Below, piece after piece: positions 34,501 to 46,267 of a DNA stretch of 64,000 nt (positions are counted from its first letter, which is position 1; every line of letters begins with the position of its first letter). The translations under genes were made by a program, and so were the position numbers. The notes under the pieces are model-generated. The model was not told the origin of the DNA and made no database searches. It saw only the letters and a list, made by a program, of their open reading frames with translations. This DNA comes from Monocercomonoides exilis PA203 (lineage: Eukaryota; Protista; Preaxostyla). Where the stretch lies: NCBI GenBank assembly GCA_001643675.2, contig LSRY02000021.1:124001-188000 (forward strand). Direction: 5' to 3'.

Positions 34501-36080
34501 TAATAATAATAATAATAAAACAAAAAAGTGCCGGTGTGTTTTCCCAATGAATCATTGACAAAAGAACAGAATCAGCAAACACTGAACGACATTTTGGGGA
34601 TCCCTGACACATCCAGGTCGTCTGCCTCTGTCCCCAGCTGCAGCTTCCCCATCGAGTACGACACGTTCGGCGTCATCTTCCACCCCGCCGGCCCTCCCAG
34701 CGCCTTCTTCTGCCCCTCCACCTCCTTCTCATACTCCCGGTCCAGATACCCCCGCGCCTCCTCCTCGCTCCCGATCCCCGTCAGCCCCCAGAACACCCGC
34801 ACCTTCCCTTCCCCAAACTCCGGCTTCTCCACACACACCGCCGCTATCCCCAGAAACTCGTGCAGCGGCAGCCGGTGCCGCACCTCCACCTCCACGCTCT
34901 TCAGATGGTCTCCCAGCCGCTTCGGCGAGATCAGCAGCTTCGCCGACTGCGCCACCACCGCCACAGGAAAGAATAAAATTCAAAATAAAATTTCAAAAAA
35001 ATTAAAAGTCAGGAGCGTTGCAAGCATCTCCTCTGCCCCCACACACCTCCAGGCACTTCTGCACCAGCCCTGGCTTCTCAAAGTTCAGCCCGTCCTCCTC
35101 CTCAAATATCCCAAACGCCCGCACACACCGCCCGATCTTGTGCACCCTGCGCCCGCCAGCACAGATGCATGAATAGATAAAAGAAAAAATAGAAAACGAA
35201 CAATTATTTTTGAAAGAATGCCACATTTCTCTCTCTCTCTCTCTCGCCCTGCCCCAAAGCAAAAAAAATAAAAAATAAAAAATTCTCGCAAAAGTCGCCC
35301 CTCCGCCCCGCACACGTGAAGTTGCACTCCTCCAGCAGGTACAGCCCCATCTTCAGCGCCTTCATGTTGTGCGACGCCGTCCTTTTGTTCAGCGTCTGGT
35401 CGTTCATCCGCCGGAACCCCGGCGTCGCCACCAGCATGTCCACCCCGCCCTCCTCCACCTCGCACGCCCCCTCGTCTGCCACCGCCCCCCACCCCGCAAG
35501 CTGCTCCGCGCTCACCGTCGTCATCTGCGTTTTCCCCAAATACACAAACACAGCCACACACAAAACACAAAAAATCATCAAATTTTCAGAGACCCCGCTC
35601 CGTGAGTGCACACATTCAGCGCCCGCAGCAGCGCATTCAGTACCTCGATGTTCACTCCCATTCAGCTGATTTTCGCTTTTTTCAACAACTCGCGTTTTTA
35701 TCCTGGGCCTGATCTCTCAGAAAAAAAAAGAGAGAAAGAGAGAGAATGAAAAGGATTCATGCCAAAGACAAGGCAGAAAAGGACTTTTCGCCTTTTTTCG
35801 AAAAGAAGGAAAAAGAACGTTTCATTTGGAGAGAGAGCAGAGACACTGAATGGAAAAGTCTTTTAAAGTGATTGATTTCAAATGAAAAGTGATTTCTCAA
35901 GGCCAATTGTTGTTTTTGTGTTTGTGTTTCAAAAAGCATATAAAAGTGTGTTTGCAGCGCAGACACGCAGAAAAGCAGTGTTGTGGCGCTGCACAGCCTG
36001 TTGTGGTGAAGTGCCGCTTTGTGAAAGAAAAATAACAGCGAGCAGCCTTCTGCCAGGAAGTGGGCAGTGCTCTTTCTCCA
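21140..36080. repeat. Right arm of ~15 kb inverted repeat
   Basis: Mirror of 2219-17230. ORF translations are identical across the inner ~10.5 kb. A few SNPs and microsatellite/homopolymer indels occur in the outer ~4.5 kb. Confidence 0.97.
29377..35661 (-). CDS. Large multi-exon hypothetical protein (copy 2, mirror of 2638-8993)
   Basis: Mirror image of copy 1. It reads through the site that is frameshifted in copy 1 but has its own 1-nt loss at ~32776. Confidence 0.6.
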
Positions 36081-37058
36081 GACAATTCAATCTTTGCAAA
36101 CTTCAAGCAATAACCTTTAGTGAGAGTTTTCTTTCTTTTTTTTTAAACATATGATTCCTTAAAAGTTTATCGAATTGATCTGAATGCTCTTTCCATCTCT
36201 TCATGAATCCAACTTCCAACTCAAATCTCCTCTTCGAAACATCTTTTCTCTTTAACCCAAAAATCTCTTCAGTCCTCTCAATCTCATTTCCATCTTGCAT
36301 GTATCCACAAATCTGGCTCTTTTTCTCTTTTTCTTAATTTCCCAATCTGCCTTCTTTTTCTTCTTTCCTTCCTCTTCTTCTCATTTCCGTTTGCGTTTCA
36401 TTTCTTCGGAAATGCCCTTCGTCTTTGAAAGCATCAAATTCCTCTCACTTTCAATTGCCCGAATGAAAAATGATAATTCAAAAAAGAAAATAAATATTCC
36501 AAAAAATTGTTGCAGACCTTCAGAACAAAGCACGAAGCCATTTTCAATTTTTCATTTCATTGGCAATGCTCCTTTTTCTCAAATAAAAATTCATTGTGCC
36601 TTCAGTGTTCATCGGTTTCAGCAGCAGACTTGCCAGCCATCAGCCCTTGCTGTCAGACCTCTCCATTCTGCTCTGCAAAACAAAGATTGACCATTTGAAT
36701 AATTCGTCAGATTCTCGGGCTCTGAGAACGTGACAGCCGGAAGCGCCTTTACAAAAATAGATCGACTGAGGATACAAACATCAAAAAAATTGGAATTCAA
36801 GATATTTAAACTGCGGTATTTGTTTGGATGCCAATCACCAAAATTATCTCGCAGAATTCCATCGCTCGAAATGTTTTTTTTCTTTTCCAGCTTTTCATGC
36901 ATCCACATGAAAAGGTGTCTCTTATTCTGTCGGAAATGTTTTCAATGCCATCTTTCTTTCAGAAAATGGATATTCAAGTTCAAATAATGCAATTCGATCA
37001 TTGAATCCATTTCAACAAACGAGAAACGATGAAGCATTTTCGATTTCATATTTACGAC

Positions 37059-37107
37059 CCAAGAATGCCAAGAATGCCGAGAATGCCAAGAATGTCAAGA
37101 ATGCCAA
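37059..37107 (+). repeat. Short tandem repeat, ~5 x 9 bp (CCAAGAATG-like)
   Basis: ccaagaatgccaagaatgccgagaatgccaagaatgtcaagaatgcca. Confidence 0.8.
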
Positions 37108-37265
37108 TGATGGTATGAGAGCTGTTATCCGCAAGGCTGCTTTGAGTTTCTATTTCTCGTTTATTTCTTCTATCCAAACATTTATGCATCCAATATGAAT
37201 GATGAAAATGGCTCAGCTTTTTGGTTTTGAACCATTTTCAAAAATGCGAGGGAAATTCACCGCAA

Positions 37266-38735
37266 ATGAGTTTTCAGGTTTGCAACCGTTGCTGTGTTCG
37301 AATTTTTGTTGCTTGGATTTCTTTTCTTTTCTTTTCTTTTCTTTCTTTTCATTTTAAAGAATTGTTTTGTGAGCTTGAGCGCTGCAACGAGGATGAACAG
37401 AAACAGAAAATTGTTGAAATGAACAAGCTTATTGAAGAGATGGATGAATGCGAATTCAACCGTGTTTTTTCAGAAGAACTTTTCGATAAAATGCACAGAA
37501 TGATTCTAGAAAAGAAATTGTCGATGGAAAACGCTTGCTTATTGGCGAAGCACATTGGGCATTACAAAGCACTGAAAGAAATTTGGTTTCATAACATTGA
37601 AACAAGTTCATTGAACAAAAGTTTCGAGATGACAATTGAAGAAGAAGCAAGAAAAAGAAAAATGAACGGAAAGCTACTGACTGATCTTTGCGAAAGCCAT
37701 CTTCTTATGCAAAATAGATCTGTTGATTTGCGAAAAGAATTGCTTTTGATTTATGTGCGCTGCCTTTTGAACGCTGCATCGAGCAAAGAGGAAGACGAGG
37801 AGACCCAAAAAGAAGTGGAGATGGCCTTGTTTGCGTTGAATAACATGAACGAATTTTGTGTATGAGAACGAATAACTTCATTTTTGATATCATTGAAATT
37901 TTTTCATGTTTCTTTTTAGGAAGTTAAAGGAGCATTGCATTTTAAAGCGATTGCAGAAATCATCAAATATCATCAGGAGCATCGCAATATGACCCGGATT
38001 GCATACCATTCAATTTGGGAGTATTTTATAAATGTGTTAAACTGCATGGGGAATATCAGAGGGAATATGAAAGAACTTCATTTTGAAAGAGAAGCAGCAA
38101 AAGAACTGGAGGAGTTGACGGAGCAAGTGAATTGGAAAGAGAAAGAGTGGGTGCTGCGCGAGTCGAAAGAAGTGAAACTTATTGTGAAATGGTTGGAAGC
38201 AATTCGGAGTATCGGTGGCTCTTTAACATCTCAGAAAGGAGAGTTTGTGATGCTGGAAACAAGCATCACAAATCTGTGCAGAGCAGCGAAGGGCAGCCAT
38301 AGAGAAATATATAGGCTATGCATATTATTATTTGTGAATCGCATATTTGAAGCAGTGAAATATAAAGGTTGCTTGTTAAGTGAAGAAGCTGTTGATTTCT
38401 TTTTGGAGGAGTTTCATCAGCCAACAATTGACCATTTTATAAATTCGTATTGTCTGAGCATTTTTGAGGATCTATCCAAAATATTGAGCAGAAAAAAGGA
38501 AACACGAAATGAAGAAAATGAATGTTTTTCACCTGCGCAGAGCTGGACGAGCAGAATGACAGAAGAGGAAAGAGAAGAGGCAAAGCAGAAAATGATGGTT
38601 AATCGAAAGCTGCGAGAAAAGATGGAAGAAGATGGATATGAAGACATTGTTGTCAGCTTCTATGGATCGATTGTTAAAGATGCTAAAATGCGAGGCAGGG
38701 CAAAGGGTCTTGATGATCGTCTGATTTATTGTTAG
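37266..38735 (+). CDS. Lineage-specific helical hypothetical protein family member 1
   Basis: ORFs 37221-37865 and 37935-38735 are joined in frame by a 60-nt intron at 37860-37919. Motifs EQKQKIVEMN, QKEVEMALFAL, IIKYHQEHRNMTRIAY and EKMEEDGYED are shared with 51974-53323. The 5' structure is uncertain. Confidence 0.75.
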
Positions 38736-40217
38736 GCATCGAATATTCATCATTGGCCAGAAGATGATTTATCATCATCTTCTTCTTCTTCTTCACTCAT
38801 GAAGAAGCAGAAGCAGAGAAGAGGAAAGACAGAACAACATACGCAAAGAGAGACAATGAAAGGATTGAGGAGAAGAGCTGTGCAGCCGAGATATGGAAGC
38901 ATGAAAGGGGATGCATGAAAGAGGAACAGCATTCGACAATGCGATGCTTCAATACGCACATGCTGCGTCTGTTTGTGAACAATTTGCCGTTGGGCAGAGG
39001 AATGCTCATTTTGAGATATTGTCGTTTCCAGCGATTTATCCATTGCCACGTCTGATGCTGCTGTTGCATCCACATTGTCTGTTGGATCCTTTTCATCACT
39101 CGCTCACTCACTCTTTTTGTCTTTTTTTTTCCCAATTGATTTGCATATTATTTTTGAGGAAGAGTCTTCTTGTTGTTGATTTTGAGCGAATTGCTTTTAT
39201 CTTTCCTTTTATTCCCCTCAAATATCTGCTTCTTGTTTGCTTGTTTTTTATTTTTTTATTTTTTTATTTTTTTATTTTTGTAACTCCAATTTTTATCAAG
39301 TTTTTTTTGTTGGGTTTTTGGCTCTGTTTTCAGCGATTGATAGTATTTGCGGAATCTTTGCACTTGTTTTCTTTTTTGTCTTTCAAAATTTCTCCGTCCT
39401 GTTTCTTTGCAATGTTTTCCACATCAATCTTCATCTCACAAGAAAGCACATATTGCACACCCTGAATTTTGTGTTTGAACTCACTGTTTTCTCTGGAAAT
39501 GGCAAAGAAGCAACATCTTGCACCCTCCTTTTGCAGGCAAGAAAAACAGATTCAGAGAAAGCAGAAGGCAAAAAGAAAAGGCAGAAATGGCGAATCTTCA
39601 GAGGATGGACAAGAAGTTTCCTCAGAATGGAGAAGAAAAAAGGATTTATCCCGCAAAGCTTGGGCAAAATCAAACACTCCTGTTTTGAAGGCAAATGCTC
39701 CATCTCTCAAAAGCACTGGAGCGAGTGAGGGGGTGTGTCGTTGAACGGAGAATCTGAATAGAGTTGCAGGCAAATGGGGAAAGAACAAAGGGCGAAGAAT
39801 GCAAAGAAAAACAAAAGGATGAGGATGACAATGAAAGAAAAGGCAAAGATGTTGTTTTTGTGGGTATTTTCAAAGCAAGCTCTCTGGAGTGTGCATTGTG
39901 AATGGAATTCATTTTTGACTTTGCCAATATCAGCATGTGCAAACGAAGAGAATGACGCATTCTCTGTTTTTCAGTGATTGTTGCAACATTTGTGGCAAGC
40001 CTAAGAAAACATGTGACTCTGCTCCATTGTTCCACATGCAAGTGCTCTTCAATCAAACATCATTTGAGGTGAGGTGAAGTGGGAAATAAACAAAACAATA
40101 AAAATACAATGCTATTTCTTCAAAAAAGCAAATCACCAAGTGTCGTGACAAAAACATTCAAGCGGCAAAATGAGAACTTCTCTCATTTCATTCGCCATCC
40201 TCAGCCAACTATCAGGA

Positions 40218-40420
40218 CAGCATCAGCATCAGCATCAGCATCAGCATCAGCATCAGCATCAGCATCAGCATCAGCATCAGCATCAGCATCAGCATCAGCA
40301 TCAGCATCAGCATCAGCATCAGCATCAGCATCAGCATCAGCATCAGCATCAGCATCAGCATCAGCATCAGCATCAGCATCAGCATCAGCATCAGCATCAG
40401 CATCAGCATCAGCATCAGCA
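40218..40420 (+). repeat. (CAGCAT)n hexamer tandem array, ~33 perfect units
   Basis: Read directly. It lies ~140 bp downstream of the stop of the minus-strand membrane protein gene. Confidence 0.97.
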
Positions 40421-40558
40421 GAGCTCGAAGGAAGCTGGGTGGGCTGGGCACATTCTGCGTGTTGGCCATGCACACAAGCACGCACACAAAAAGAAAAGAA
40501 AAGGAAAGAAAAGAAAAGAAAAGAAAGACAGCAAAGTGCTTGTTGTGCTGCACCCACC

Positions 40559-43500
40559 TCATTTGAGCCTGCTGCCACCTGCACTTTGGGCCTTCCGCCT
40601 TTCGTACTCAGCCCCTGCTCCTCTCCCCTCGGCCTCTCCCCGCCAGTCCCCCCGCCCGCCATCTGCACCCCCGCCTGCCCCAAACACCTCTGCCGATGTT
40701 GCACTCCTCCCGCTGCTCTTCCCTTCCTCCCCCGCCCCTCCTCCCCCGCTCCCTCCAAGCCCCAGTTCTCCAGCCCCTTCTGCTGTGTGCTCCCTGCTGC
40801 CCTCCCCCGCATCTCCGCTCCTGTCCTCCTCCATCTCCTCCATCTCCTCCATCTCCTCCTCCTGCCCTTCGTTTCGCTCTCTGCCTCTTTCGCCTCCTTC
40901 GCTCCCATCCTCCCTTTCCTCGTTGTGCTGTGTCGTTGGTCTTGATTCTCCCTCGCTCCTTCTGCTGTCGCCCTCTCCATCCCTGTTGCCTTCATCCCTG
41001 TTGCCTTCATCCCTGTTGCCTTCATCCCTGTTATCATCATCCCTGTTGTCTTCTTTTGCTCTGCTCCACTCGCTGTTCTCCAGCACCTCGCTCAGCAGCA
41101 CATCCTCGTCCAGCAGCCGGTCCATCTCCCTCCACCCCTGCTCCTCCCTCCGCCCGCTCTCCCTTCCTCTCCTCCCAGCCCCTCTCCTCTCCTTCCGCTC
41201 TCTCCCTGCCTTCCTTCCCTCCCCCCGGCTCCTGCTCCTCCTTTCTGCCCCGCTGTCTCCACTGGCCCCACCGCTGCTCCACACCTCGTCCACCACCGCC
41301 ACCCGGCCGAACCCGCTCACCCCATCCCCACCTCTATCCCCATCCCCATCTCCAGCTCCTTCAACACCCACAGCACCCACAGCACCCACAGCCCCTGCCC
41401 CTCCACCCAGCGCTGCTGCATCCACATCCCCCACCAGCGCTATCCCCGTTCTCTTCTCCAGCATCTGCAGCGTCCGCAGCCTCTCCATCTGCCGCTGCTT
41501 CTGCCGCGCTGCCTGCCACACCCTGAACTGCCCTGCCGACCACTCGTTGTATGCTGCCTCCTCCTCCATCGCATTTCCTCCATTTCCTTCTCCTCCTTCT
41601 TCTTCTCCGTCTCTGCTGCCATCGCTGTTTGCCCTCACCTCCCCTTCGCTCTCTGTCAGCCTGTTCACATTCCCTCCATCCTCTGCCTCCGACACTCCCT
41701 TCCCCTTCTGCCGGCTCGCCACCCGAGCTGCATAGCGCATCTTCCGCGCTGCCTCCTCCTCTGCCAGCCACCACTCCTCCTCCAGCGCCTTCGACACCTC
41801 CGCCAGCCGCGCTGCTGCCTCTGCCTCCTCCTCTGCCGTCAGCTGCGCCAGCTCCTCTCCACTCACCCAGTGCGTCTTCCCCAGCATCTCCACCACCGCA
41901 TGCACCGCCACCCCGCACACCACAAACAGCGCCCCCACCCACACCAGCTCCCCCTCCCGCCCCAGCTCCACACACACCGGCCCTGCCACCCCCGCCACCA
42001 CCCCGCCCACCCGCTGCGCCTTCGTCTCCTCCCCAACCACCCGGCACAGCTCCTCCGCCTTCCCCTCAGCTGCACTCACCGCTGCCCCCACCGCCGCCTG
42101 CGCCTCTGCCGTCAGCGACACCCCTCTCTCCAGCAGCGGGTTCTTCTCCCACTCTGCCTCTCCAAACCTCCGCGCCACCCCCAGCGCCTCCCCCACCCTC
42201 CGCCGCAGCCCGCCCTCAACCGGGTTCCCCATCTCCGCCGCCTCCCGCTCCGCCGCACTCGCCCGGTAGAACTCCATCGCCTCCTCCACAAACCTCTCCG
42301 AGTAGCTCATCAGCCCAAACACCGACCCGTCAAAACCCTGCCCTTCTCCCAGCCTTCCTCTCCTCCCATCCCCCTCTGCTCTTCCCATCTTCCTCCACAT
42401 CCCCTTCTCTCCGCTGCGCTCCTCTCCACCCCCACCACCCCCACCATCCACTCCATACACTGACGGCCCTGGCACTGCACTCTGCAGCTCCACCCGCTCA
42501 ATCGCCACAGGCAGGCAATAGCACACCGGCAGATGCCCTTTCCCCGGCCGCGCCCTCCACACCTCCACAATCTCTCCTGCTGCTCCACTCTTCTTCCTCT
42601 CCCTCTCTTTCTCCCTCTCTTTCTCCCTCTCTTTCTCCCTCTCCTTCTCCTTCTGTGCCCATTTCCCCACCCCTTTCTGCTCAGCCACCCCAGTCGCATT
42701 CCCTCCCTGCTTCGAAAACACTCGGAACACCTCCTGCCCCTCCACCCGCCGCGCCTCTCCATACGGCTCTCCCACAAACCCCTCTCGCGCCAGTATCCAC
42801 TCCTCCTCTGCTGCCCCGCCGTTGTTCTCTCCCGCCGAGCTCGCAAACATCGCCCCTTCCTCTCCGCTCTGGTAGTCGCCCCGCAGATCATACGGCGCAT
42901 ACAGCAGCTCTGCTCCACCCTCTCCGCCTGCCAGCTTGTGCACATACACCACCGGCGGAAACACCTGTGCCCCTCTCCCTTCCCCTGCCCCTGCCCCTGC
43001 CCCAAACGCCTCTGCCTCCCGCACCCGCGCCACACACTCCCCAAACACCCCTGCGTCTCCCCAGTCCTCTCCCACAACCAGCTCCCGCACCATGTTCTGC
43101 ACAGTCGCTGTCCCTGCTGCTGCTGCCGCCGACTCCACATACACCGCCTTCAGGTCGTGCACCAGCGGCCCAAAGCACCCCGCCGCACACACAAGCGCCC
43201 CGACACCCAGCCCCACCCCGAAGTCTGCCCCGATCCCCGCATTCAGCCACCGCCGCCGCCGCAGCTTCCGCCCGCTCGCTGCAATCCCCACTGCCCCCAC
43301 ACACACCCACACCACCCCCGCCACACACAACACCCCCACCACCACACACATGCAGTCCACCCCAACCTCCCACCCCGCTGCCCACCCCCGCCACCTCTCC
43401 CGCACCCCCCGCACCCGGTTCCGCACATTCTGCACAACACCCCCAAACACCCGCGGCCCTTCCACCACCGACACCATCCCATACTCCACTCTGTCCAGCG

Positions 43501-45912
43501 TCCCTGCCACCCCGCCGATCCCTTCCTCCACCGCTGCTGCAACCGCCTCCCACCCGCTGCCCCCAATCCCCCGCTCCAGCGCTATCGCCCCGCTCCGCAC
43601 CTCCTCCACCGCTGCCCGCCCTGCCTCCCCAAACACCGCCTCCTGCACCCCCGCCAGCCGCAGCATCTCTTCCTTCTCCCGCTCGCTCTCCTCCGCCGAC
43701 CCGCCCCCTTCCTTGTTCAGCCAGTCCAGCAGCCCAATCGCCTCTCCCTGCGGCAGAAGCCCACTCTCCTCACTATTACTGCCATTGCTGCTATTGCTGC
43801 TGCCATTGCTCCTCCTCCGGTGCCTCTCCAGCTGCTCCTTCACTGCCCGGCACGAGTAGTACTTCTCCACAAACAGCTCCTCATACCACTGCCCTTCCCC
43901 TCCTCCTCCTCCTCCTCCTCCTGCTGTCCACCCGCACCGCAGCCTGTGCAGCACCTCCACCACATCTGCCCGCACACGCGCTGCCGTCTCCACCGCCTCC
44001 GTCACATTCGCCATGTGCTCCTCAAACACACTCATGTCCCGCGCTGCTGCCCCAAAATCTGCTCGCTCGTAGTCTTCCACCGCCTGCGCCACACGCACTT
44101 TGCACTCACCCGCCACAATCACCTTGCTCCCATTCACACCTGTTTCATTCAACATTGCCAAATTTGAAAAAAGAAAGAAAGAATAAAATCAAAAAATGTG
44201 TCAATTTGTTTGTTTCCACCAAATCAGCAGAACACACTCTCCAGCTGCCTCTCCGTCTCCTTCAGCCGCAAAAGCATCCCCGCCACCCGCTTCTCCGCCC
44301 ACCCGCTCATCGTCTCTGCCTCCCGCCGGCTCTCCTCCCGAAGCGCCTCCCGCTCTGCCTCGGCCTCTGCCCGCGTCTTCCCCGCCCGCTCTTCCCTTCC
44401 CCCGTACATCTTCTCCACCAGCCGCCCCACACTCCCTGCCTGTTCGCTCGTCAGCCCCCCCACAATCTCCACCTTCACCGCCAGCGGCTCGTTCTCGTCC
44501 TCTTTCACCTGGCCAAGCACGAAAATGCCCAATAACAAATACCAATCACATTATATTAATATAAAATATAAAATATTAAATAATAAAATAAAAAATAAAT
44601 TAAATGAAAAGTTCAATGCAATCTCTGCTCTTGTCACACCTCCAGCCGGATGTCCTTCAGCTCCTCCAGCAGCGTCTCCGCATCCTCCACAAACCCTCTC
44701 TTCTCAAAGTCGCTCCGAACATGCGCCTCCACAAACCTCACTCTCCCCTCTGTGCTCGCTGTCTCCTCCATCGCCTCCAGCACCTCCCGCACCGTCCACC
44801 CCGTCCTCCCCCTCCACCGCTGCCCTGCCCACCACTCCTTCTCCTCTGCTGCCCGCTCCCCCAGCGTCCAGTACTTGTTCCCTTCTGCAAACGGGTTGTC
44901 CGTCACTCGCTCCGGCTTCTTCAGCACATTCTCCACAACCCCCTCTGCATGCCACACCCCCTCCCCGCCGCTCAGCTCCCCGCCGATCTCCTTCAGCACC
45001 TTCCCCAGCTCCTCAAACACTTCCCAATCACAATCCACAAACAGATCAACCAATGAATGAAGTCAAATAAAAAACTCAAAAAAAAAAATTAAATTAATAA
45101 ATTAATAAATAAAATATTCTTCCTCCTCCAGCTGAATAAACGCACTCACTCGGTGACATGCCCCTTGCCACACCTGGAAGTGCACTTGCGATGTGCTGAG
45201 ATGCCGATGCTGCTGCCTCGGCCGCGCTGTCCAGCCCGCTCCCGATCGCCTTCAGCGTCCAAGGCACCGAAAACAGCCCCACTGCACACATCACCAGCCC
45301 CAGCACCACAAACAGCGACACCACCCCAAACACCACCCCCAGCACCCACCGGCACGCCGCCTGCCCCTTCCTCCTCCCCCAGCAGCAGCACCCGCACGCC
45401 GGCTTCTCTGCCCGCGGATTGCAGCACCCCATGCACGTCCCCACGCCCCACCCCACAAACAGCCCCACCAGACACCCGTACACCGCAAACACCGGAATCA
45501 TCGACACAACCATCGACTGCATCCCCCCGCCATCCAGCCCCACCAAAAACAAAACAGAACAAAAAAACAAAACAAATCAAATGGTTATTCATCGGTTTAA
45601 TGCAAAACAAAAACAAAGGATCTTGCAAACCCGCAAATACGCCTTGTCTGCCTCAGGCTGGTGCGCCAGTCCGTACCTCCCGGGGTGCACCGCCTCAGCC
45701 GCCTCCAGCAGCCCCACCAGGCTCCCCACCAGCCGCTCTGATTTTTCGCTTTTCGCCCCCAGCCGCCTCATGCTCGCTGCTATCGGCCCTGTCATCCCCG
45801 ACACAAACCATGGCTTTGCATAATCTGCATCCCCCCCGCACGCCAGGCCCATCCAAAAAACAGCCCCAATCCAGAGAAGAAGAGAAAGCAAAACACCACA
45901 AACAAACAGCAT
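40559..45912 (-). CDS. Prominin/Tweety-like pentaspan membrane protein, multi-exon, long acidic C-terminal tail
   Basis: Exons lie in ORFs 45589-46017, 45094-45570, 44634-45053, 44224-44538 and 40559-44161. Topology: signal-like N-terminus, TM1, Cys-rich short loop (CMGCC..ACGCCCW), TM2, long helical loop, TM3-TM4 pair, long loop, then [26 protein letters not shown] as TM5. Family call rests on topology only. Confidence 0.55.
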
Positions 45913-46267
45913 GCAAAAATGCACTTCAGACACAGCCCTGCACACAACCCAAAAAATACACACCCTCATACGAGGCACACTGCCCAAGCCCCACTCCCCA
46001 CAGCCAGAGAAATACAAGCATTTTTTTCAATCTCAGAAACAGCCAAAGAAAAAGTGAAGGGTGTGTTTTCCAACTTTTTTCCTCGTTCCTTCGCGAAGCA
46101 CGCAGACAGAGGAGCATACAGAAAATATGGAGCAAAAAATAGGGCGGAGGGTTCAAGGCATGAAGGGGGCTGAATAAGGCTGTGTTGGCTTCGCAAACCT
46201 CGAAAAGAGAAAAAAGGGGAAAAGGGAAAAGTGGCTGTGGTGGGCAAGATCTGGGGGCTGGACGAGG

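Noticed and set aside
32281-34503. 740 aa plus-strand ORF and similar antisense ORFs in both arms
   Set aside because: Shadow of the G-rich gene. It is not intact in the mirror copy and crosses intron sequence.
2219-36080. Giant transposon or virus (Polinton-like) with terminal inverted repeats
   Set aside because: No integrase, polymerase, capsid or transposase ORF and no evident target-site duplication. The arms contain ordinary host-type genes.
40218-40420. CRISPR-like array
   Set aside because: Pure tandem hexamer with no spacers, in a eukaryotic context.
40079-44535. Long plus-strand Pro/Ser/Leu-rich ORFs (288, 521, 544, 994 aa)
   Set aside because: These are antisense shadows of a G-rich minus-strand gene and the hexamer repeat. 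C-rich strands lack stop codons.
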